DNA of 56,630 nucleotides from Minisyncoccota bacterium (GCA_028716825.1 JAQUPA010000002.1:1-56630), one strand, 5' to 3'. Positions 7,799 to 15,878 are shown, numbered from the stretch's first letter. Program-made: numbers and translations. The notes: generated from the sequence alone by a model not told the origin.

Positions 7799-7826
7799 AT
7801 TTTATAATAATCACCCAAATTGTCAA
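7799..7826 (-). promoter_or_regulatory. sigma70-like promoter for the precursor-rSAM unit
   Basis: minus strand TTGACA (7826-7821), 16-nt spacer, TAAAAT (7804-7799), followed by a purine-rich leader. Confidence 0.55.
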
Positions 7827-7878
7827 ATATTTGGACAAAACAAGTATCATTTCATCAATTCATTTTTTATTAAAAGTC

Positions 7879-7906
7879 AAACCAAAAGCACGGGATTCCC
7901 CCGCGC
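7879..7906 (-). terminator. intrinsic terminator of the NUDIX gene (inside repeat copy B)
   Basis: minus strand GCGCGGG-GGAAT-CCCGTGC-TTTTGGTTTG. One pair is G-U on the minus-strand RNA and would be an A-C mismatch on the plus strand. Confidence 0.7.
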
Positions 7907-7929
7907 TAAGCTATTTTAAAGGTAAAGTG

Positions 7930-8364
7930 TTAAATCCCAAGTTCCTCTGCTACTTTTGGATTAAGCTCTGTTGTAATTAAACTCTTTATGGCTTCTGGTT
8001 TAACCCATTTAATTTCCGCTACTTCATGCGCTTCTTTTGGATTTGCAATGGGTTTTTCATTGTTTAGGGTACAAAGGTGATAAATAATTATAACTGAAAT
8101 CTGGGGATGAAAAGAAAGGTCTATTTGCTTTGTTGAAGTAACATCATATCCAGTCTCTGCTAAGACTTCCCTTCTTACGGCTTCCTCTCTTTCTTCGTTT
8201 GAAAATTGTTTTCCGCCGGGGAAAGCCCATTCTAAAATTGCGCCATCTTTACCTTTCTCCGGCTTTTTTCTTCTTATCATTAAAACCTCTCCTTTTTTAT
8301 TTAAAACTACACCTAAATTTATAAGCTTATTTGATTCTATAACTTTATTAGATTTTTTAGGCAT
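7930..8364 (-). CDS. NUDIX hydrolase
   Basis: Nudix box GGKQFSNEEREEAVRREVLAETGY (Gx5Ex7REUxEExGU). Confidence 0.85.
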   Translation of the reverse strand: MPKKSNKVIESNKLINLGVVLNKKGEVLMIRRKKPEKGKDGAILEWAFPGGKQFSNEEREEAVRREVLAETGYDVTSTKQIDLSFHPQISVIIIYHLCTLNNEKPIANPKEAHEVAEIKWVKPEAIKSLITTELNPKVAEELGI

Positions 8365-8434
8365 GTTGTTATCTTAATTTACTTTTAATTTACATTATAA
8401 AGATCTATTGTCAATAAAATTTAAACAATGAGTA

Positions 8435-8463
8435 TTGACAAATTCTTATTTTTTTTGTAAAAA
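8435..8463 (+). promoter_or_regulatory. plus-strand sigma70-like promoter
   Basis: TTGACA (8435-8440), 17-nt spacer, TAAAAA (8458-8463); the only convincing plus-strand promoter I found in the window. Confidence 0.5.
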
Positions 8464-8464
8464 A

Positions 8465-8945
8465 TATGATTGTGGAAAAACCATAACGTTCAGCTCTTTG
8501 AAAGGAAGATAAAAGACCACCGCTCGCTTAACGAAAAAGAAATCTGTAAGGAACGCTACAGCAATTCTGATTTCTGCAACAATTGTGACAGAATCTATCC
8601 CAATAAAAGGAATATAGAAAGTGTTCAAGATTAAGAAAGGAGTGATGCGCAACGAAAGTAGATCCAGATCCAGAAAAAACCTGCAAAGAGAACCAACCCG
8701 GTAAGTGGAAAGAATGTGGTAAACTTTGGGTCTCAAACGGAAACCAAAAACAAGCCATACAAAAGCTTACAGAGAACTGTCCAACAAGCTGCCCCTGGCA
8801 CTTCAATAACTCACCTTACGCAGTAAACAGAACAATAACAGCAATGGTGGTTAATTCTCACCGGGGTTCCTTTGACTGGTCTGAATGACAATCTTCCGGG
8901 GTAACAAATAGGGCCTAGTGTAATACGCTAGGCCTTTCGTCTTTT
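8465..8945 (+). ncRNA. structured non-coding RNA of unassigned class (weak rnpB-like blocks)
   Basis: About 480 nt with no credible ORF and higher GC than its flanks. It has a promoter upstream and a terminator at 8910-8945 (stem GGCCTAG/CTAGGCC extended by G-U pairs valid only on the plus strand, then TTTCGTCTTTT). Hairpins at 8470-8486 and 8538-8575. Confidence 0.45.
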
Positions 8946-8958
8946 AACTTATAAACTG

Positions 8959-10989
8959 CTATTGCCTTACTTTCCACTGAGGGTTTTTTTCGAGATTCTT
9001 TATAATATTTTTTTGAACTTTATCAACTTCTTTTGAAGAAAGGGTCTTTTTTTCTGACTGATAAATTATATGAAAAGACAGGCTTTTGTTTTTTTCTTTT
9101 TGATTGATATCCTCTTGATAAATGTCAAAAACTTCAACGTTTCTTATAATTTCTCCTCCTGTAGAATAAATTTTCTGGATAATTTCTCCTGCCAGAACAT
9201 TCTCAGGAACAACAACGGAAATGTCTCTTATCGTTTCTGGATAGACTGAAGGTTTTTTATACTCATGCTCCCCTTCAATTAAGTCTAGAAGTGTTTTAAA
9301 GTTAATTTCAAAAGCAAAAACGGGTATTTTTATATTATAAAAACCAAGAATTTTTTTTGATACTTCTCCCAAAAATCCTATCTTTTTATTTCCAGTCTCG
9401 ATTTCAGCTGATTTACCTTTCTCCCAGAAAATATTTTTTTCTTTTGTGTGACCGTAGAAAACATCAACCATCCCAAGTTCTTCAAAAAAACTTTCAAGAA
9501 GCCCTTTAAGCTCGTAAAATTCGGTTTTGCCTGCGATAATACCAGCAAAAAATCTTTTTTCTTTTTCTTTAAAAATATTTCCAATTTCAAAAAATCTAAC
9601 ATCTTTAAATCTCTTCTGGTTTAAAGTCACTGCTTTTAAGAGATTACAAATTAAAGAAAACCTTAGATATTTAGTATTTGAACTAATAGGGTTACCAAGT
9701 TCTGTTAGTTTTAATTTTTTGTTTAATTTTTTGAAAAAATCTCCTTCGTTATCTGAAATAAAAGAATAATTATAGGTCTCTGTAAAACCAAGCCCTTTCA
9801 TTAGTGTTCTTATTTTTTTAACCCATAAAAGATCTAAATTCTTTGGTGGCAATGCCTTTTGTAAAATTGAAAAAGTGGATGGTATGTTCTCGTATCCAAA
9901 AATCCTTCCAACTTCTTCAATTAAATCTTCTGGAATGCAAATATCTCGCCTAAAAGTAGGAATTTTTAAAATTAAGACAGCTTCTGATTCTCGCTGAATT
10001 TCAAATCCTAAATCCTTAAATATCTTTACTACTTTATCTTTTGAAATTTTAATTCCCAAGAGACTTCTTAGATAATTAAGATCAATTTTTATAATATTTG
10101 GGAAAGTCTTTTTTGGATAAAAATCCAAGACGCCAGATTTAATATCTCCCCCTGCAATTTCTTTTATAAGGCCTGCGACTTTATCTATCGCTTCTCTAGC
10201 TAAATTAGGGTCAATATTTGCGGAAAAACGCATTGAAGCATCTGTTTGTAATTTAAGTTTCTTTGACGTTCTATAAATACTAACACCGTTAAAATTCGCA
10301 GACTCTAAAATTATTCTCTTTGTATTTTTTTTAATTTCTGCTTTTTTCCCGCCCTTAATGCCTGCGATTGCAATTGGATATTTTGCATCAGCAATCACCA
10401 AATTATCTTTATCAAGGGTATATTTCTTGTCTTCTAAGGTGGTAATTTTTTCGCCTCTTTTTGCCTTTCTTACAATAATTTCTTTTTTTTCTTTTTTACC
10501 AAAAAGCTTTTCATAATCAAAAGCATGAAGAGGCTGGCCCGTTTCTAACATAATATAATTTGCAGCATCTACTATATTATTTATCGACTGAACACCACAG
10601 CTTTCTATCTTTTGTTTTAACCATTTTGGGGATGGAGCAACTTTAACATTATCAATTATCCTTGCGCAGTATCTCTGGCAAAGATCTTTACTTTTTATTT
10701 CAATCTTTAAAATATCAGCTGTTTTAATTTTCTTTTCTTCGCTAAATTTATATTCTGGTGCTTTAAATTTATATCCTAAGATTGCAGAAATTTCTCTTGC
10801 AATTCCAATATGAGAAGAACAATCCGGCATTCTGTCTGGTAAAACATCGATATCTAAAATCCAATCATCGCTTTTTTTAATTAAATCTTCTACTTCTAAT
10901 GTATGCATCATTAAAAGATCTGCCAATTTCTCTGGATTGGGTAATTTTTTTTGAAAAAATAATTGTAACCAGTTATATGAAAATTTCAT
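8959..10989 (-). CDS. pheT: phenylalanine--tRNA ligase beta subunit
   Basis: MKFSYNWL N-terminus, B3/4 and B5 region, position immediately after pheS. Confidence 0.9.
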   Translation of the reverse strand: MKFSYNWLQLFFQKKLPNPEKLADLLMMHTLEVEDLIKKSDDWILDIDVLPDRMPDCSSHIGIAREISAILGYKFKAPEYKFSEEKKIKTADILKIEIKSKDLCQRYCARIIDNVKVAPSPKWLKQKIESCGVQSINNIVDAANYIMLETGQPLHAFDYEKLFGKKEKKEIIVRKAKRGEKITTLEDKKYTLDKDNLVIADAKYPIAIAGIKGGKKAEIKKNTKRIILESANFNGVSIYRTSKKLKLQTDASMRFSANIDPNLAREAIDKVAGLIKEIAGGDIKSGVLDFYPKKTFPNIIKIDLNYLRSLLGIKISKDKVVKIFKDLGFEIQRESEAVLILKIPTFRRDICIPEDLIEEVGRIFGYENIPSTFSILQKALPPKNLDLLWVKKIRTLMKGLGFTETYNYSFISDNEGDFFKKLNKKLKLTELGNPISSNTKYLRFSLICNLLKAVTLNQKRFKDVRFFEIGNIFKEKEKRFFAGIIAGKTEFYELKGLLESFFEELGMVDVFYGHTKEKNIFWEKGKSAEIETGNKKIGFLGEVSKKILGFYNIKIPVFAFEINFKTLLDLIEGEHEYKKPSVYPETIRDISVVVPENVLAGEIIQKIYSTGGEIIRNVEVFDIYQEDINQKEKNKSLSFHIIYQSEKKTLSSKEVDKVQKNIIKNLEKNPQWKVRQ

Positions 10990-10991
10990 AA

Positions 10992-11960
10992 TTAAAATTG
11001 ATTAAGAAAGCGAATATCGCTGCTGTAAAATAAACGTATATCGTCAATATTATATTTAATCATTGAAAGTCTATCTATGCCAAAACCAAATGCAAATCCC
11101 TGCCAATCTTTAGGGTTAAGTTTTGCGTTTTTAAGAACATTGGGATGTACCATACCAGCTCCTGCGCATTCAAGCCACTTTCCGTTTTCTCCCCTTATAT
11201 CAATCTCAAAACTTGGTTCTGTAAAAGGAAAAAATCCTGGCCTCATTCTGACATCAACTTTTCTTCCAAAAAATTCATTAAAAAAGTTTTGGATAACTGC
11301 TCTAAAATCAACAACAGAAGTTTCTTTTTCTATCATCAATCCCTCTAACTGATAAAACTGAACTTCATGAGATACATCAGTTGCTTCATTACGAAAAACC
11401 CTACCAGGAACAACAATCCTTAAAGGAGGATTATTTTTTTCCATATAGCGCACTTGGACTGGAGAGGTATGCGTTCTCATCAACCTCCTTTTTTCTTTGA
11501 GCCATAAAGTATCTTGTATATCTCTTGCGGGGTGATCTTTTGGGAAATTTAAAGCATCAAAGTTATAACATTCATTTTCAATCTCAGGCCCCTCAACAAC
11601 AGAAAATCCCATTCTTTCAAAAATATCTTCACACTTTTCTAAAACTTGGGATAAGGGATGAATATGACCTCTTTGTAATTTTTTACCTGGTAAAGAAATA
11701 TCAATAAATCTATCTTCTTTAAAAGAAATTTTCTTTTCAATTTGGACTTTCTTCTCTTTAAAGAATTTTTCAGTCTCTTCTTTGAGTTTGTTAATCTCCT
11801 GTCCTTTCTTTTTTCTTTCTGCCTGAGAAAGACTACCGATTTCTTTAAATAATTGGTTGATTTTACCTTTTTTTGCTAAATATTTAATACGAAGCTGCTC
11901 TAATTCTTTTAAAGAAAGAGCTTTTTCGATTTCACTTTTAATTTGTTTTTTTAAATCCAT
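10992..11960 (-). CDS. pheS: phenylalanine--tRNA ligase alpha subunit
   Basis: class II motifs FRNEATDVSHEVQFYQLEG and GFAFGFGIDRLSMI. Confidence 0.95.
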   Translation of the reverse strand: MDLKKQIKSEIEKALSLKELEQLRIKYLAKKGKINQLFKEIGSLSQAERKKKGQEINKLKEETEKFFKEKKVQIEKKISFKEDRFIDISLPGKKLQRGHIHPLSQVLEKCEDIFERMGFSVVEGPEIENECYNFDALNFPKDHPARDIQDTLWLKEKRRLMRTHTSPVQVRYMEKNNPPLRIVVPGRVFRNEATDVSHEVQFYQLEGLMIEKETSVVDFRAVIQNFFNEFFGRKVDVRMRPGFFPFTEPSFEIDIRGENGKWLECAGAGMVHPNVLKNAKLNPKDWQGFAFGFGIDRLSMIKYNIDDIRLFYSSDIRFLNQF

Positions 11961-12020
11961 AACAAAAATTAAGCTTATTTTTATAATAGTAACAAAAAAA
12001 CGAGAAATTGAAAATAGTAA

Positions 12021-12332
12021 TTACTTTCTTGGCATTGTGGATAATTCTATTATTTTTTCGATATTATCAGTCTTTACTGTCTTTATACGGTGATTCTTGT
12101 CGCATTTTTGACACTTATAATAAATTATATATTCTCCTGATCTTTTCTCTGCTGAAATTGGCTCCATTAAGCCTTTGCAATCGCATTTTCTATCTCCTGG
12201 ATTTATATCTAAATGCTTTGACCAAAGGCATCTTGGACAATGATCAGTATAGCCCGTTCCCTTAACAGAAAAACCACATTTTTCACAGATAAAATCCTCT
12301 TTTTTCTTTTGAAATATTTTTTGCTTCAACAT
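12021..12332 (-). CDS. RNHCP-domain zinc-ribbon protein
   Basis: CEKCGF...HCPRCLWSKH...CDCKG...YKCQKCDKNH; layout matches my memory of the RNHCP domain family. Confidence 0.55.
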   Translation of the reverse strand: MLKQKIFQKKKEDFICEKCGFSVKGTGYTDHCPRCLWSKHLDINPGDRKCDCKGLMEPISAEKRSGEYIIYYKCQKCDKNHRIKTVKTDNIEKIIELSTMPRK

Positions 12333-12347
12333 TTTCTATAATAAAAG

Positions 12348-12389
12348 AAAAAACAGGCCCGAGGCCCTTTTTTCTTATAAAAATTTTGT
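12348..12389. repeat. 42-bp perfect direct repeat, copy 1
   Basis: AAAAAACAGGCCCGAGGCCCTTTTTTCTTATAAAAATTTTGT, identical to 16612-16653. It contains a GGCC/GGCC hairpin flanked by A6/T6, plus the stop and last four codons (TKFL) of 12375..13439. Confidence 0.95.
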
Positions 12390-13439
12390 CTCATTGTTTA
12401 TAACTTTTATAAATAATTCCTCTTCCCAATTTTTTCTAAATATTATATTTTTACTAGGTATTATTTTATCTAAAAAAAGAATGTAATTTGAATGTTTAAT
12501 TGCTCTTTTCGATTTTGGAAACAAAGCAATTTTTATTGGTTTTCCTCCTCTTTTTTTTACTTTTCGTTCAAGATAGTCAAGTGTATTACTTGAATAAGAC
12601 CTATCGATGATTGAGATTTTTTTATTTCTTAAATCTTTTCTGAATAATTCCATTTCTTTTGTCATATCTAAACTTAAATGACACTCCCACAACATTATCT
12701 TCTTTTTTATTCCTATCTCCTCTATAAAACCAAGGGCATATTTCAATCCTGCCTTTGGTATAAAAATATAAATGTCGCTTTTCGGTAATGTCTTAAAAAA
12801 ACCAAAAATAGCAAACCTAGGAAAGTTAATTTTCCCAAAAATAGAATATTCTTTTTTGAGACGGGAATAAAAATCTTTTGTCTTAAAACAGCACCTTTTA
12901 ATTTCTTTATTTTTTATTTTAATTTCTCGTTCTTTTATTATAGCCTTTATTTTTTTTAATTCTTTTTTCCAATGATTTGTTTTTTTAATTTTATAATAAA
13001 TAAATTTGGGAATTTGATTTATTCTATTATCAGAACCAGCGATTCTAATTTCTAAGTTAGAATGTGGTCCTTCTAAATAAACAATTTCGAGATTCTTAAA
13101 TCTAGATGAAATGTCTTTTTTAAACGAATAATGAACTTTTTCAGAAGTGAAAAGTTTATGCAGAGTAAATATCTCTGCCAAATTTAAAGTTGGATTTATA
13201 TAATTTTCACTGAGATCACAAAGCACTACCTCTGGTGCACGTAAAATATACCTATATTTTCCGGGATAAAAAGACCATCCCTTGCTCAGTTTATCTGCAA
13301 GTTTATCTCTATCTGTAGTAATGTCTATAAAATTACTTTTAAAATGGGGCTTATTGTAAACAAGAATACCATTTTTTAATTCCTGAACTGGCTTAAGTGT
13401 ATTATAAGTTTCGTCTAATAAACCTTCTTTATCTATCAT
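12375..13439 (-). CDS. hypothetical protein, weak phosphoribosyltransferase-like C-terminus
   Basis: KKISIIDRSYSSNTLDYL loosely resembles a type I PRTase PRPP loop. ATGA start/stop overlap with 13436..14698. The last four codons lie in the 42-bp repeat. Confidence 0.35.
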   Translation of the reverse strand: MIDKEGLLDETYNTLKPVQELKNGILVYNKPHFKSNFIDITTDRDKLADKLSKGWSFYPGKYRYILRAPEVVLCDLSENYINPTLNLAEIFTLHKLFTSEKVHYSFKKDISSRFKNLEIVYLEGPHSNLEIRIAGSDNRINQIPKFIYYKIKKTNHWKKELKKIKAIIKEREIKIKNKEIKRCCFKTKDFYSRLKKEYSIFGKINFPRFAIFGFFKTLPKSDIYIFIPKAGLKYALGFIEEIGIKKKIMLWECHLSLDMTKEMELFRKDLRNKKISIIDRSYSSNTLDYLERKVKKRGGKPIKIALFPKSKRAIKHSNYILFLDKIIPSKNIIFRKNWEEELFIKVINNETKFL

Positions 13440-14698
13440 AAAAATTTATAAAATTCATTTGCTATGCTCGATCTTGAACTTAAGGTACAACAAAAAGGCT
13501 TAAATTTATAATTTTTATAGATGCTTACTAATTTTTCTGTGAAATCTAAAATTTTCTGAGGGGGCAATGGATTACGATTACCCCAAACTGAACCTGGTCT
13601 AGGAAAAAAAACAGTATAATCGGAAACAACACCCTTCTTTGCAAGGGTTTCTATCCCAGCTATTAAACCACTCAATGGTTCTGTGCCTAATACGAAATTC
13701 GTTCTTGTTCTTCCTTTCCCAAAAATATCGGCACTATATATCAAAGACTCTAACATTCTATCATAGCCATAAATTTTTTCTTTTCCCGGACAAACTTTTT
13801 TGAAAATTTTTTTATTGAAACATTCTAAATTAAAACAAATGTATTTAAACCCATAATCAAATACCTTTTCAATATATTCAAAATTAAGAGGGGGCATTAA
13901 ATTAAAATAACTATCAACCTTAGAAAATTCTATTTTATCTTTTATAGAATCAACTATATCAAAAATCATTTTCCATTCAAAATCTAAATCCGAAATGTTT
14001 CCAGAAATTATCGAAAAGTGAAAATGAGGTCCAATTTTATCCCTTAATAAAAGATCGACGCACTGAGAAATTCTCTTTAGCGTTTTATCTCTATAGTAAT
14101 ACCACCAATTTTTATAATCTCCGTTAAATTTATTTTTAATCTCAAAAACGTTTGGTTTAAACCCCTCAAAACCTAATCTTTTGGGATTTGCCCCACAAAA
14201 CTTACACTGTTCTCCAGATATCCAGTTTTCACAACCATCATAAGGTATTATAGAAATTCTATCTACGCCTACTACACTTACAAATTCATCTACGGGTATA
14301 CCATTAATCTTCTTTTTATTATATGGATATAGAGGAACTGCCTTAACAGAAACGGGCATTCTTTTGTCTGTTTTTTTGTCTAATATTAAGAATTTTTTAT
14401 TTTTGACGAGACAAATAAAAGGAGATTCTTTCCTAAAATACACCTTTACTATTGATTTTTGATTACCATCCTCTAAGATCAATTCATCCGGAATAAAATT
14501 TCTTTTATCTGTTTTGACAGATATAAAATGCCTATCAGAAACTTTAATTTTATTGGCTTTATATTTTAAGGAAAATTCAGGAAATCCTTCTTGAATCGAA
14601 GAAAAATCAAAATCAAGACCAAAAGTCAATAAGAGAAGTTTAGTGTTTAGAACAAAAGAGGAAGTAGGGTTTTTTAGATAATGTTCAAAAATTTTCAT
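13436..14698 (-). CDS. radical-SAM-like protein with a non-canonical Cx8Cx2C cluster motif
   Basis: DGCENWISGEQCKFCG. Later NLECFNKKIFKKVCPGK and TNFVLGTEP resemble LipA/BioB-type barrel strands. About 150-aa N-terminal extension. Confidence 0.45.
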   Translation of the reverse strand: MKIFEHYLKNPTSSFVLNTKLLLLTFGLDFDFSSIQEGFPEFSLKYKANKIKVSDRHFISVKTDKRNFIPDELILEDGNQKSIVKVYFRKESPFICLVKNKKFLILDKKTDKRMPVSVKAVPLYPYNKKKINGIPVDEFVSVVGVDRISIIPYDGCENWISGEQCKFCGANPKRLGFEGFKPNVFEIKNKFNGDYKNWWYYYRDKTLKRISQCVDLLLRDKIGPHFHFSIISGNISDLDFEWKMIFDIVDSIKDKIEFSKVDSYFNLMPPLNFEYIEKVFDYGFKYICFNLECFNKKIFKKVCPGKEKIYGYDRMLESLIYSADIFGKGRTRTNFVLGTEPLSGLIAGIETLAKKGVVSDYTVFFPRPGSVWGNRNPLPPQKILDFTEKLVSIYKNYKFKPFCCTLSSRSSIANEFYKFL

Positions 14699-14704
14699 TT
14701 TAGT

Positions 14705-15250
14705 CTATTTTTTTGAAAAAGATATGTTGGCCCTTTTCGTTTTTTTGTCTTCCCAATATTCATTCCATAAATCCCAATATGTATCATTTATTTTTTCCTT
14801 AAAATTTAATCCGAGTTTCTTAGAAATAATTTTAATTTTCTGGGGTGAACCTTCTATTTCTAAAAATGTTCCTATTTTTGGTAACTTGTCCATAACAACT
14901 TCACAACCTCCAATTAACCATTTTTCTCTGTATTTTTCCATTGTATTAACTTTAGTAAAACCAAGTTCTTTCAAAATAGTATTCATTTTTTCTATATCGA
15001 AAATTTCAAGTTCTATTTCCTCCCTTTCTTTAAAATGTTTATTTATAATTTTCTTTTTTAAGGTAATTGTATTTTTAAAACCTTTTCTAGTTCGCAAAAA
15101 TGTACCTTTTTTAGAAAGAAAGTCGTCTGGTTTTTCAAAACGAAATGTTCTTTCAAAAGCTTTTCCTAAATATTTTGTTTTCTCTTTTTGAAGAATTTTC
15201 CTAACCCCTGAAGGTTTTCTAATTTTGAATTTTACCTCAATTTCTTTCAT
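14705..15250 (-). CDS. CYTH-domain protein (triphosphate tunnel metalloenzyme; CyaB/ThTPase-like)
   Basis: N-terminal EIEVKFKI = ExExK signature; 181 aa. Confidence 0.65.
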   Translation of the reverse strand: MKEIEVKFKIRKPSGVRKILQKEKTKYLGKAFERTFRFEKPDDFLSKKGTFLRTRKGFKNTITLKKKIINKHFKEREEIELEIFDIEKMNTILKELGFTKVNTMEKYREKWLIGGCEVVMDKLPKIGTFLEIEGSPQKIKIISKKLGLNFKEKINDTYWDLWNEYWEDKKTKRANISFSKK

Positions 15251-15314
15251 ATAGTTTTTATTTTAAAAATATCAAAAATGAATTTAAAAGTCAATTTTTT
15301 ATTTTCTATAAAAT

Positions 15315-15346
15315 AGCCTCCAAGCCTTACTTAAGGCTTGGAGGCT
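15315..15346 (-). terminator. 15-bp perfect hairpin overlapping the GreA-like stop codon
   Basis: AGCCTCCAAGCCTTA / TAAGGCTTGGAGGCT, followed on the minus strand by ATTTTAT and then a TTGACT -35-like element upstream of the CYTH gene. Confidence 0.65.
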
Positions 15347-15872
15347 CAACCTCCTGAACGAAGGATCTTATATCGACAATTCGGACTCTTCTAGTCCTCC
15401 CTAAGGGAAGAATTATTTTTACTTCCTCGCCCCTCTTTTTTCCAATTAAAGGAGCAATAAGAGGAGCCTTGTAAGAAATAAATCCTTCTTCGCTTTTGCA
15501 ATGTGGGTTATGGACGGTATCAAAAGATCCAACTACTTTCCAACTTTCCTCTTTACCTTCTTCGTCACGTATTGTTACTTCGGTCCCTATCCACACGCTT
15601 TTGAAATCTATACCTCTTATTTCCTCTTCAATTATCGCAGGCGCATTTAGAGGACCAAGTATCTGATAATACCTCTTTCTTAGTTTTTCCTGGTCCTGAA
15701 GAGTATAATCCCAATGGGGATTATCATGCCAATACCCTCCTGTATCATATGCTTGACGTAATGCTCGAGGTATCTCCTTACTTAAGATATCCTCTATTCT
15801 TTTAAGCTCTTCTCGCATGAAGATATAAGTATCTCTTAAAAGATAGTTCTTCTCCTTAATCATTGTCTTCAC
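15327..15872 (-). CDS. divergent GreA/GreB-family protein
   Basis: N-terminal coiled-coil-like region, then C-terminal FISYKAPLIAPLIGKKRGEEVKI resembling the GreA/B C-terminal domain. Starts 6 nt after the kinase-like gene. Confidence 0.5.
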   Translation of the reverse strand: MKTMIKEKNYLLRDTYIFMREELKRIEDILSKEIPRALRQAYDTGGYWHDNPHWDYTLQDQEKLRKRYYQILGPLNAPAIIEEEIRGIDFKSVWIGTEVTIRDEEGKEESWKVVGSFDTVHNPHCKSEEGFISYKAPLIAPLIGKKRGEEVKIILPLGRTRRVRIVDIRSFVQEVEPPSLK

Positions 15873-15878
15873 CCTTCC

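Larger units (their letters stand above)
5097..7981 (-). mobile_element. accessory block bracketed by an approximately 110-bp direct repeat (5097-5207 / 7870-7981); no recombinase seen
   Basis: The repeat is the NUDIX 3' end plus terminator plus an AAAAGTCAAAC element. Contents are the HExxH ORF, the radical SAM/SPASM gene and the candidate precursor. Composition differs from the backbone. Confidence 0.45.

Noticed and set aside
8446-8806. Two overlapping minus-strand ORFs (8446..8736, 8528..8806)
   Set aside because: They have no SD, give low-complexity or odd composition, and overlap each other. They lie inside a region with a plus-strand promoter, a plus-strand terminator and helices that need plus-strand G-U pairs. 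I treat the region as RNA.
8465-8945. tmRNA, SRP RNA or 6S identity for the plus-strand RNA
   Set aside because: There is no tRNA-like 3' end (no GGTTCGA-type T-arm or ACCA tail), no plausible tag reading frame ending in hydrophobic residues plus stop, and no SRP domain IV GGAA/AGCA motif. It is also too long for 6S or small SRP RNA.
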